A DNA stretch of 58,919 nt from a virus (taxonomy: Duplodnaviria; Caudoviricetes). The stretch covers positions 1 to 58,919 of IMG/VR virus record IMGVR_UViG_3300034283_003118; one strand, 5' to 3'. The translations under genes and the position numbers were made by a program. This document shows, one piece after another, positions 27,990-36,798 of the stretch. The notes under the pieces were generated by a model. It was not told where the DNA came from. It saw only the letters and a list, made by a program, of their open reading frames with translations, and did not search any database. Every line of letters starts with the position of its first letter. The stretch's first letter is position 1.

Positions 27990-28781
27990 ATGAGAGTTAG
28001 CGTACTTTTACCCACACGTGGCAGAACACATACTCTATTGAGCAGTGTTCAGAATCTTTTAAGCAAGGCCAGTGAACCAGAATTAGTAGAAATTTTGCTG
28101 GCCATGGATAACGACGACATCCAAAGTGTAGCCTTTGCTCGCGACGAAATCCAAGCTCTTTATCCAGATAACATTCACATCTATCAGATGCAACCTCTGG
28201 GTTATCAAAAACTCAATGTCTATTACAACACATTGGCTGGTTTGGCCTGGGGTCAGTGGCTCATGGTGTGGAACGATGATGCTTTGATAGACACAGCGGG
28301 TTGGGATTTGGTCTTGGACCGCTATCTGGATCATCCCATGCCCTTGCTCAGAATGCCCTGTAGTAACTTTGAACACCCTTTTGCTCTGTTTCCCATCATA
28401 CGCAAAGAGTGGTTCAATGTTTGCGGATTTTTCAGCTATTACACTCACATAGATCGTTTTCTATACAATGTTGCTCAAAATATTGCAGGAAACATCATAG
28501 TGGATATTCCAGTCACAGTTACTCATGATCGTGCAGATCTAACTGGCAATAACCGAGATCAGACTTTTGAAAACAGTTATAAAAGTCACGATCATGGAAA
28601 TCCGCAAGATCCCAACAGTGACGAATATGTAGTTGCATTGCAGGTGGTAATGCATATGGTAAATCGGTTAAGCGTGCATATTAATACAAAATATGGTTAT
28701 CAGATCCCCTTGATTGATCAGACCAAGCCCATGGAGATTCGCAAAACCATGGCAAACAGTCACAACCACAAAAACATCTAG
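27990..28781 (+). CDS. GT-A/GT2 glycosyltransferase
   Basis: SVLLPTRGR, DNDD, WNDD. Confidence 0.8.
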   Translation: MRVSVLLPTRGRTHTLLSSVQNLLSKASEPELVEILLAMDNDDIQSVAFARDEIQALYPDNIHIYQMQPLGYQKLNVYYNTLAGLAWGQWLMVWNDDALIDTAGWDLVLDRYLDHPMPLLRMPCSNFEHPFALFPIIRKEWFNVCGFFSYYTHIDRFLYNVAQNIAGNIIVDIPVTVTHDRADLTGNNRDQTFENSYKSHDHGNPQDPNSDEYVVALQVVMHMVNRLSVHINTKYGYQIPLIDQTKPMEIRKTMANSHNHKNI

Positions 28782-28808
28782 TTTCAATTTTTACTCAAAG
28801 GATATATT

Positions 28809-29759
28809 ATGAAAATTTTTATCACAGGACACGACGGTTTTATTGGGCAACATCTGGTGGCGAGGCTGCAAGACAAACATGAATTGTGTTTTTTAGAACA
28901 TGATCTCAGAGATCACGCAAGCACCAGTGCGCAGATTCGTCAGTTTAATCCAGAAGTTATTGTTCACCTGGCTGCTCGAACTGAAGTTGAAAAAAGCTTC
29001 TATGAACAAATTGCATTCAGTGAGATCAATTATGTAGGCACAGTAAACCTGATTGAAACAGCCAGAGACCTGCCCAATTTCAAGAACTTTGTTTTTGCCA
29101 GCACCATGGAAGTATATGGGTGGCAACCCATTAGTGATTTGATTGAGCATGGCCAGGAAGAAGGCATCATTGCTTTTGATGAAACCACTCCGCCCAATCC
29201 CAATGCACCATATGCTGTGGCCAAGTATGCTTGTGAAAAATATCTGGAATATGCTCATCGCAGTTATCAGTTACCATTTACTGCTATTCGTCAGACCAAT
29301 GCATATGGCAGAAAAGACAACAATTTCTTTGTTACCGAACAAATCATTTACCAAATGCTAACCAATGATAAAGAAATCAATTTGGGTTATGGTGAACCCT
29401 ATCGTAACTTTATCTATATTGATGATTTGTTGGATGCTTGGGAATCAGTGATTGAAAATCCAGAAAAATGTGCTGGTGAGATTTTTTGTATTGGCCCAAA
29501 TAATGCTATCAAAATTAAAGACTATGTGCAGATGATCGCTGACAAACTTGGCTGGAATGGCGCAGTAAACTGGAACACCAAGCCCAAGCGTGCTGGTGAA
29601 ATTTATCTACTCAACAGCGTCAATGACAAAATCACCGCCAAATTGGGTTGGTATCCCAAAGTGGATTTGAATGAAGGACTGGACCGAACCATTGGCTTTT
29701 GGAAAGCTATTGTTCACAACAATACAGAATTCAACAAGAGAAAAAAGTTTACACTATAA
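28809..29759 (+). CDS. NAD-dependent NDP-sugar epimerase/dehydratase
   Basis: ITGHDGFIG, HLAA, YAVAK, RNFIYIDD. Confidence 0.92.
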   Translation: MKIFITGHDGFIGQHLVARLQDKHELCFLEHDLRDHASTSAQIRQFNPEVIVHLAARTEVEKSFYEQIAFSEINYVGTVNLIETARDLPNFKNFVFASTMEVYGWQPISDLIEHGQEEGIIAFDETTPPNPNAPYAVAKYACEKYLEYAHRSYQLPFTAIRQTNAYGRKDNNFFVTEQIIYQMLTNDKEINLGYGEPYRNFIYIDDLLDAWESVIENPEKCAGEIFCIGPNNAIKIKDYVQMIADKLGWNGAVNWNTKPKRAGEIYLLNSVNDKITAKLGWYPKVDLNEGLDRTIGFWKAIVHNNTEFNKRKKFTL

Positions 29760-29761
29760 AC

Positions 29762-29793
29762 AAATTTGGCCCAGCAATTGCTGGGCCAAATTT
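29762..29793. terminator. Bidirectional terminator between convergent genes
   Basis: Perfect 32-bp palindrome AAATTTGGCCCAGCAATTGCTGGGCCAAATTT. Confidence 0.8.
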
Positions 29794-29951
29794 TATATCT
29801 TGCCTTGACCGCGATACTTTTTGTAACAGCGTCGCTTGTGCTTGTTCATTTTAGCAGTAGCCATCTTACCGCCACCGATTGTTGTTCTCTTTTTACCCAA
29901 TCTCTTAAAGATTGTCTTTAATGGTTTTTCACCTGCTTTAGCTTTGGCCAT
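29793..29951 (-). CDS. Small, very basic protein (52 aa, not in ORF track)
   Basis: MAKAKAG...KRRCYKKYRGQGKI*, AAGGAG SD. Confidence 0.75.
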   Translation of the reverse strand: MAKAKAGEKPLKTIFKRLGKKRTTIGGGKMATAKMNKHKRRCYKKYRGQGKI

Positions 29952-29962
29952 AGTTGATCTCC

Positions 29963-30527
29963 TTAGTCAATTTGTCCTAAATCTCTAAAGTTATTCATTA
30001 ACATGGATAACATTTCTTTGTCTTTGGCAAAAAAATAAAATATCTGTGGCATCACGAACGACCCTGATGCTGATGCATACTCCCAGCCAGTTTGTCTTTT
30101 GATTACCGCAGCAAAGGTTGAGTAAAGTTTTTCTCTACCTGGCACTGAATTGAATACCACACCCTTTGCTTGTGTTTGCTTGATAAAATCATTAAGCAGA
30201 CTACCCACAGTGCTAAACACAGTGACGCTTTCTCTGCCCATGTTACCTACATCACTCATTTTACTCAAAGTTTCGTTGTCTATTTTCAGTGGTGTACTGC
30301 ATTTAGCCTGGATCATGTTTATGAACCAGAAATTTTTGAATTCATCCGACATGTAATAAGCCTGTCTCAGATCACCAGCTCTCAAGCAAAATGGCGTAGG
30401 TTCTCCCTGGGCATTGGGGAACTTCAAATTGCCAAGCCCATGAGCTTCCTTTGCTTATTACTTCAACATTTAGATTAGGATCCAAGTCGCTTAGAGATTT
30501 TGGTTCAAAAAGTTCTGTAATTAACAT
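29963..30527 (-). CDS. Leader-bearing hypothetical protein with a frameshift near 30390
   Basis: MLITELFE at 30527 with TAAATA 5 nt upstream; frame joins 29963..30427 if one base is removed; VFSTV..VVFNS..REKLY. Confidence 0.65.
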
Positions 30528-30535
30528 ACAAGTAT

Positions 30536-32302
30536 TTAGTTCCGCTGTGCTATTTGTCTGACTCGTGGTGTTGGATTTGCGATGTAGTTAATTAAATTCC
30601 TATCTTGTTTCACCGCAGCTAACTGTACTGCTTCGCTTGGCTTGTCAATGTATTGGATTGCGTATCCATTCTCTTGCACTGCATACATCTGAACCGGCTC
30701 GCTGGGATCTTCAATCATTTCAATTGCGTACCCATTTTTTTGAACCGCAACCAGCTGCGCTTGTTCGCTGGGTTTTTTGATGTATTGGATTGCTCTTGGA
30801 CTTTTCTGAACTGCGATCAGTTGTAATTGTTCGCTGGGATTTTTGAACCATTGTATTGCACGCGGTTGGTTTTGTACTGCAATCAGTTGTATTTGTTCGC
30901 TGGGGTTTTCAATGTACCGAATCATATCCCCATTTTCTTGAACCGCAATCAGCTGCGCTTGTTCGCTGGGTTTTTTGATCCATTGTATTGCACGCGGTTG
31001 GTTTTGTACTGCAATCAGTTGCATCTTTTCGCTTGGATTGTTTATGTGTGCAATTGATAGCCCATCTCTTTGTACCGCAGCCAGTTTTACTGCCTCGCTG
31101 GGATTTCTAATTTCTTGAAATGCGTAAATGTCTTGTCGCACAGCAGCCACTTGCACAGCTTCGCTGGGATTTTTGATATAACGAATCGCGAGCCCATACT
31201 TCTTTACAGCAAACAGTTGCATCTTTTCGCTTGGATTGTTTATGTGTGCAATTGATAGCCCATCTCTTTGTACCGCAGCCAGTTTTACTGCCTCGCTGGG
31301 ATTTTCGATGTACTGGATTGCATGCCCAGTTTCTTGAACCGCAGCCAGTTTTACTGCCTCGCTGGGATTTTCGATCGATTGAATCGCATACCCAGTGTGT
31401 TTCACTGCGATCAGCTGAACTTCTTCACTGGGATTTTTGATATACTTGAATGCATGGGGGGCGTTTTTTAATGCAGCTATCTGAATCTCTTCGCTGGGAT
31501 TTTTGATAAATTCAAGTAAGTCCCCATTTTGTTTCACTGCGGCCAGTTGATCCGATGGATCAGTGTTCCACATAATATGTGGACTTATTTTATGCATGAT
31601 TGGTTGCAGTTTGTCATAAAAAGGCAATGTTAATGGATCCACAGTGCCATCTTTCACATCCATAAACTGAAACAAATATGGATCAGATCGTCTAAACCAA
31701 TACTGATATTTAACTTGAGATTTGACTGACTCACCATCATCATTACGATAAGTAACAAACTGTGGAGGCAAAGGAATAATCACATACAAGGGCCCACTGC
31801 TAAAGTAATGCATGAACTGATTGTTTCTTTCAGATATCGTGCACCACCGAGTGCCCTGACCCCAGAATTTTGCTGCGGTCTCATCTAGTAATTCAATTAC
31901 TCTCAACTCAGCATCACGGTATATCTCTCGGTACTTGCCTCTGTCTTCTGATTCGTCATCCGTCAATTGATACTGGTCTACTGCTGACAAGAAGTCATCA
32001 GCTGTTTTGAACTTATTGATATCTGCGTGTTGGGACTTGATCTGCTTCTTGATTTTCAACTGATGATACTTGGCCAATGCATCAGCAGTGGTGCTGATCA
32101 GATCTTCAACAGGCTTGCCAGCCAGCCACCATTGCGCCAGACGAGGTACATAGCTCTTTTGTGGAGTAGGATCTGCAGATTCTAGCTGTTCAAGGCTGAA
32201 GTCAGGATCTTGTTTGATTCTCTGCTGATAAGTGGGCAGTGATTCAATTCGTTGTTTCTCTCTTTTTCTGTCGTATTCCAGTAAGATCTCATATGCTCGC
32301 AT
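30536..32302 (-). CDS. PcfJ-like domain protein with long 22-aa DUF4116-like repeats
   Basis: MRAYEILLE; GTRWCT..GPLYVII..KYQ; NPSExxQLxAV repeats. Confidence 0.7.
   Translation of the reverse strand: MRAYEILLEYDRKREKQRIESLPTYQQRIKQDPDFSLEQLESADPTPQKSYVPRLAQWWLAGKPVEDLISTTADALAKYHQLKIKKQIKSQHADINKFKTADDFLSAVDQYQLTDDESEDRGKYREIYRDAELRVIELLDETAAKFWGQGTRWCTISERNNQFMHYFSSGPLYVIIPLPPQFVTYRNDDGESVKSQVKYQYWFRRSDPYLFQFMDVKDGTVDPLTLPFYDKLQPIMHKISPHIMWNTDPSDQLAAVKQNGDLLEFIKNPSEEIQIAALKNAPHAFKYIKNPSEEVQLIAVKHTGYAIQSIENPSEAVKLAAVQETGHAIQYIENPSEAVKLAAVQRDGLSIAHINNPSEKMQLFAVKKYGLAIRYIKNPSEAVQVAAVRQDIYAFQEIRNPSEAVKLAAVQRDGLSIAHINNPSEKMQLIAVQNQPRAIQWIKKPSEQAQLIAVQENGDMIRYIENPSEQIQLIAVQNQPRAIQWFKNPSEQLQLIAVQKSPRAIQYIKKPSEQAQLVAVQKNGYAIEMIEDPSEPVQMYAVQENGYAIQYIDKPSEAVQLAAVKQDRNLINYIANPTPRVRQIAQRN
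30560..31550 (-). repeat. 66-bp coding tandem repeat array
   Basis: About 15 units; exact 91-bp duplicate at 31016-31106 and 31214-31304 (offset 198 = 3 x 66). Confidence 0.85.
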
Positions 32303-32319
32303 GTTTTTATTTATGCAAA

Positions 32320-32688
32320 TTATTTAGGATCGCGAATCATAAGCTGCCGAGTTGTAAAATCTTTGTGTCTACCCTGATTCAGTTTAAATCCAAACTGCTT
32401 GTAAAACTTAATCAATCTATCTCTACTAGTTGTACCAGTGCTAGTGTTGCGCTCGCTGGGAGTGAGTAATATCCTTTTGTGCCAGTGATCAGCGTAAGCA
32501 GTCAACCGGCGCATGGCCTCTGCACCACGCCCCTGTCCTTGGAATTGTTTAGCAACCTGTAGATATTCCAGTTCAATATCGCCATCAAAAGTCATCGCCA
32601 ATTCAAAACGAATCAGTCCCAATTCCTGAGCTTGTTTTGCTGCCCACTCTTTGACTGCTTTGTGATCAATAAAATCCAGTATTCTCAT
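32320..32688 (-). CDS. GNAT acetyltransferase
   Basis: QGQGRG, LIKFYKQFGF. Confidence 0.85.
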   Translation of the reverse strand: MRILDFIDHKAVKEWAAKQAQELGLIRFELAMTFDGDIELEYLQVAKQFQGQGRGAEAMRRLTAYADHWHKRILLTPSERNTSTGTTSRDRLIKFYKQFGFKLNQGRHKDFTTRQLMIRDPK

Positions 32689-33479
32689 TTGTGTTTTTGA
32701 CCCGTTTTTGGTTTCTCTCCACGAAATTTTTCTATACGACGTTTAAGATGTTTTTCTGCTGCTGATCCACTGACCTGACGAGTAACTTTGGTAACAGCTT
32801 GTGGTGATTTAAAATTTACCTTGGGAGCCACTCTCCATTTCCAATAAGCTATGGCGGTGGCGGCAGCTACTCCGGGATTACGAGAAACCAGATCAGGGTT
32901 GTTTACCAGATCCAGACCCAACATCTGACCAATACGATGGTAGTTGTATTTGCCAGTTAGATGCATAAATCCACGACCACGAAATCTCATGCCGTCACCG
33001 GGCCTGGTGTTACCCAAAATTGAACCTTTGCGTGAACGAACTCCGTATTTCCTCTCCATGCGATCAGCGTCGCCTATTTCTTCCAGCGCACGAAAGTCCA
33101 TGGTTTCGTGTGCAGACTGGCTTAAAAAGTGCTGTAGTTCCTCGCCTTTGATTCCAGCAGCCTGAGCCATCTTCTTCAACAGTGATTTACGCTCTTCTGG
33201 AGTTTCAGCTTGTATCTTCTTGAGTGTCTGAACTGGATCAGTCACTGTATCTGGTGTGGGTTTGGCAGTGGGCTTGGTCGTAACTGTTGACTGTTGACTC
33301 ATAGCACTGGGCTTATTGGTAGATAGTTCCGTAGATTGACTGGTATCAGTAACTTTGGAATCACGATCTAGTAAGTGACTGCCGCCAGCAGCTAATACAC
33401 CAGCCAGAGCGGCATTTCTAAGCCAGCTGAGTACACCTTCGTCCAGATACTGCGGGTCACTAACTTCTTCAAAACGCAT
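32685..33479 (-). CDS. GH19 chitinase-like lysozyme with leader and hydrophobic segment
   Basis: FLSQSAHET, GDGMRFRGRGFMHLTGKYNY, NPDLV. Confidence 0.88.
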   Translation of the reverse strand: MRFEEVSDPQYLDEGVLSWLRNAALAGVLAAGGSHLLDRDSKVTDTSQSTELSTNKPSAMSQQSTVTTKPTAKPTPDTVTDPVQTLKKIQAETPEERKSLLKKMAQAAGIKGEELQHFLSQSAHETMDFRALEEIGDADRMERKYGVRSRKGSILGNTRPGDGMRFRGRGFMHLTGKYNYHRIGQMLGLDLVNNPDLVSRNPGVAAATAIAYWKWRVAPKVNFKSPQAVTKVTRQVSGSAAEKHLKRRIEKFRGEKPKTGQKHK

Positions 33480-33491
33480 GTGTTTGTCCTT

Positions 33492-33674
33492 TTAGTCAGC
33501 GTCTGCTTCACATTCACGACAACGGCCTTCGGTGCCACGCCCTGCGGTACTTAGGGGCTGTCCACAGTCTACACATCTGCCCTGTTTCTTTCTGAGTTCA
33601 GGGGTGTCTGCTTCGGGCTTTTTGTTTTTTGCTTCCAATATGTCGATATAACGACGGAAAAATCTGGGGTCCAT
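33492..33674 (-). CDS. Small Zn-ribbon protein
   Basis: CVDC...CREC. Confidence 0.6.
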   Translation of the reverse strand: MDPRFFRRYIDILEAKNKKPEADTPELRKKQGRCVDCGQPLSTAGRGTEGRCRECEADAD

Positions 33675-33677
33675 AAC

Positions 33678-34415
33678 TTACTCCTTGTCTGTCTTTACCC
33701 TAATAGGTTTCTTACCAGTTCCACCACTTGCACGTCCAGGTCTGTCTGCTGCTCGCTGTGCTGATCTCTTGCGATTTACTGCACTCTGCTTTTCTTTTTT
33801 GCTCATGCTGGCTGCTTTTTTAGCTGGTACACATTTGGCATAGCCGCGTGTTTCTCCGCTGGTGCCACAAGGCGGATGTTTGCCACCTTTTTTCTTAGCA
33901 ATATTGACCCACTTTTCCTTAAACCATTTGGTCAATCCTCCAGTGGGTTTGTCTTCGGTAATTTCCTGATTGTGATTTATTCCAAAGAAATTACTTAGTT
34001 CATCAATAAATTTCTGCTTTGTTAATGCCTGGATCCAATTGGATCCACCTTCATAAAGAAAATTATAAAATTTAGCATCAGCGTTATCATTGATAATTCT
34101 TAGGATGCTGTTGTATATTTTGGGAGTTTTTTTGAATTTGACTGTGTTAAAGAACAATACAAAGTTCTTTGTTTTGCTATCATACTCCACTAACCAACGA
34201 ATCCATCCATGTTTTGTTGCATGATACTCACTCGCATCCTCTGGTAGATTATATTGATCTGCTAGTCTTCGCAAAATACTGGTATGTGTTTTATCCGACT
34301 CCGTTGGACAAATTATTTCACCTGCAGGATCGATCCACCCCCAGCTAAAATACTGAGGGAACATGTGCGGTTGTTTTGCACAGATGCTTTCATTGACTAG
34401 TTCTTTAATGGTCAT
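33678..34415 (-). CDS. Two-module protein: WGWI-GWIRW domain plus a basic Cys-containing domain
   Basis: MTIKELVNE; junction EITE|DKP; KWFKEKWV..CG..KCVP. Confidence 0.7.
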   Translation of the reverse strand: MTIKELVNESICAKQPHMFPQYFSWGWIDPAGEIICPTESDKTHTSILRRLADQYNLPEDASEYHATKHGWIRWLVEYDSKTKNFVLFFNTVKFKKTPKIYNSILRIINDNADAKFYNFLYEGGSNWIQALTKQKFIDELSNFFGINHNQEITEDKPTGGLTKWFKEKWVNIAKKKGGKHPPCGTSGETRGYAKCVPAKKAASMSKKEKQSAVNRKRSAQRAADRPGRASGGTGKKPIRVKTDKE

Positions 34416-34579
34416 TTCTTTTTCTTCTTACCCTTACGCCCATAGTAGCATTGCACTACCTGCGCACTAGCATAGGCTGATGGCCACACGCTCACACGGT
34501 TTTTAACCCGTTGCTGACAGGCTTTGTGCTTGGCTTTGTTTTTGGGTTTCCAACCTTCTGTGAGTTCATTAATGGTCAT
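34412..34579 (-). CDS. Small basic WPSAYAS protein (55 aa, not in ORF track)
   Basis: MTINELTEGWKP...VWPSAYASAQVVQCY...; GAGG SD; ATGA overlap. Confidence 0.75.
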   Translation of the reverse strand: MTINELTEGWKPKNKAKHKACQQRVKNRVSVWPSAYASAQVVQCYYGRKGKKKKK

Positions 34580-34626
34580 TTTGTATTACCTCAAGCTCAT
34601 CCAGAGAAACCATTAGTTCCTCACCA

Positions 34627-35589
34627 TCAAAATCTACCCAAGCGAAATGATTCTGCTGTGGGCTGTGTCTGTTTGTTTTTTGCGGTTGCTCTGCGGGTAC
34701 GTGATCTTACTGCTTCGGGATTTTGACTGTACACTCTTCCTGACGCCGTTGGTGCTGGCGTTGGTGCTGGCGTTGGTGCTGGCGTTGGTGCTGGCGTTGG
34801 TGCTGCTGAAATTTTCTTAAGTTGGGCAGCAACTTTTCCAGTAACCGCGGGGTTAGCATTGGCTAAACTTCTGAATGCATCAGCTAATATTTTATTACCC
34901 TGAGCTGAAGGTTTATTGAATGCGGTGACAAGTGCTCCTGGTTTAATTGGTAATCCCAGAGTCTTTACAATGTTAGCAGCAACCACAGAAATATCTGCTT
35001 GTTCTGCTGGAGCCGGTGCTGCTTGTTGTGTGCGTGGCTGTGCTGATGTTTGTGCAGTTTGTGCTTGGGGTTGACCAGTTACCGTACTGGCGCTAGCAGC
35101 TTTACCCTGCTGGTATGCTTGTCTGACATCCGATACTGCACCAGTACCCGCGGCGGTACCAGCGGCTTTGCCTTGCTGATATGCTTGTTTGACTCCTGAT
35201 ACTGCGCCCGCAACTGCACCAATGCCTTTTGCTACTTTGCCAGCACCTTGTGCAATTTTAGATCCCAAATCAGCAAGTCCAGCTTCTTCCACAGGCTCTT
35301 GATGTAAAAATTCAGCAAACTCCCTGGCCAGCTGAGTTACATAGTCTTCATCAATGGCAGTCTTATTATTTTCCAAGTCTTCACCACACCCACCAACCAA
35401 CTTTCCCTTAAATGGATGTTCGGTATCGGTGCTGGATGCTAGCACAGAGATTGAGCGAGCCTTTTCATCACCACTGACTTGATCAGGAAATCTAAAAGAA
35501 GAATAGGGCTTATTTAATACTGCACCATCTTCATCTATTGAACTGTTTTCCAGTTCATCCAATTTAGCTTTCAAGCGTTCAAAATCCAT
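34627..35589 (-). CDS. Low-complexity Ala/Gln/Pro-rich protein, possibly an internal head protein
   Basis: TATAAATA and SD; IDE/VEE sites; QAYQQGKAA twice. Confidence 0.7.
   Translation of the reverse strand: MDFERLKAKLDELENSSIDEDGAVLNKPYSSFRFPDQVSGDEKARSISVLASSTDTEHPFKGKLVGGCGEDLENNKTAIDEDYVTQLAREFAEFLHQEPVEEAGLADLGSKIAQGAGKVAKGIGAVAGAVSGVKQAYQQGKAAGTAAGTGAVSDVRQAYQQGKAASASTVTGQPQAQTAQTSAQPRTQQAAPAPAEQADISVVAANIVKTLGLPIKPGALVTAFNKPSAQGNKILADAFRSLANANPAVTGKVAAQLKKISAAPTPAPTPAPTPAPTPAPTASGRVYSQNPEAVRSRTRRATAKNKQTQPTAESFRLGRF
34747..34805 (-). repeat. 12-bp tandem repeat x5 encoding (APTP)n
   Basis: CGTTGGTGCTGG units. Confidence 0.9.
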
Positions 35590-35620
35590 AACAGTCTCCT
35601 ATTCAATTATTTATACACAG

Positions 35621-36784
35621 TTACGAGATCTTGTAACGAGAGGCATATTGTTTTTGTAATTGGTTGATATTGGTGTTGCGACGCATGCCCCAGGTCTTCA
35701 ACAACAAGTCAATGGCAGCGTTTTTCTCAGACATGTCTCTCTGATAATCATTGCGATATAGACCGTGCGCACGTTCTGACAGAGTTTTTTCCAGGAATTT
35801 ATTCAGTACTCTCTGTTTCTCTTCGGGTGTTAGACTGGAACTCAAAAGTTTTAATAAGCCAATATATGACCAAAAATATTGATGTGCTTTGTCAGGATTT
35901 TCCAAACGCTGCCCTAGCATGTTCTGGAAAATTTTGTTGATGTTTTTTTCATAACCAGTTGCTGCACGTTCACGCATCACCATTAACCCGTCTTTTGTTA
36001 GAGGCTTGCCATTTTGATCCAGCACGGGCTCGTATTTGGCTCTCAAACCGCCGCCTTCTTTACTGGTGATGGAGAAGGTATACAGTTTGTCTTCGGTGGG
36101 GACGTCTTGCTCAGCACGAGCTTTACCACGTCCACGCATTTTTCTCAACAGAAATTTAGTCTGAGTCAGCATGGTTAACGATTGAATCAGAAATTTATGA
36201 AACACACCCTTGATACCCAATTGTATGTCATCCCAACTGCTGCTGTGACTGAATTGACTCCAGGGCGTGGGTTTGTCCTGATAGTAATCAGTCATCTCGA
36301 TATCTATTTGTATGTTGATCTTGGGATCGCCGAAACTCCACAAACTACAAACCTGAGAACTTCCAGGTTTGTAACCAATTAGAGTAGCGTTACCCAAAGT
36401 TTTGCCTGTTATCTGATCCAGCAGTCTCTTGATATTTTGTTCTTTGGTTTTGTCAATCATGAGATCAATATCACCCAGGCTCTTTTTCTTCTGAGCAAAC
36501 TCCTGATCAGGTATGCCCTCCAGATTAAAAAAGTGTTTGCTACTGCCACTGACAAACCCACGCTCCTGTAATAACTGGTCACTCCACAAGGGTTCTTTGT
36601 ACATTTTCTGATATGCTGCGTTCAGTGTTCCCAGTAGGCTCATTAACATTTTCACCACAGTTTTGCGAAATTCTGGATTATTTTCCAGATTTATTCGTTG
36701 AGCTGCTACCCCATTTAGTTGAAGATTTCCGCCTTCGACTAATAGAGTTTTGTTAACGGGTTGAGTAAATTCACAAAGTCTCAT
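35621..36784 (-). CDS. Putative Pol-beta-family nucleotidyltransferase
   Basis: MRLCEF..LLVE|GGN; GSS..GDIDL..QIDIE, KGVFHK. Confidence 0.6.
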   Translation of the reverse strand: MRLCEFTQPVNKTLLVEGGNLQLNGVAAQRINLENNPEFRKTVVKMLMSLLGTLNAAYQKMYKEPLWSDQLLQERGFVSGSSKHFFNLEGIPDQEFAQKKKSLGDIDLMIDKTKEQNIKRLLDQITGKTLGNATLIGYKPGSSQVCSLWSFGDPKINIQIDIEMTDYYQDKPTPWSQFSHSSSWDDIQLGIKGVFHKFLIQSLTMLTQTKFLLRKMRGRGKARAEQDVPTEDKLYTFSITSKEGGGLRAKYEPVLDQNGKPLTKDGLMVMRERAATGYEKNINKIFQNMLGQRLENPDKAHQYFWSYIGLLKLLSSSLTPEEKQRVLNKFLEKTLSERAHGLYRNDYQRDMSEKNAAIDLLLKTWGMRRNTNINQLQKQYASRYKIS

Positions 36785-36798
36785 TGTGTGGTTCCGGA

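Noticed and set aside
30560-31550. CRISPR array or DGR template/variable repeats
   Set aside because: In-frame degenerate coding repeats without spacers; no cas or reverse transcriptase in the window.
34747-34805. 12-bp repeat as iterons or origin
   Set aside because: Encodes an in-frame Pro/Thr/Ala linker.
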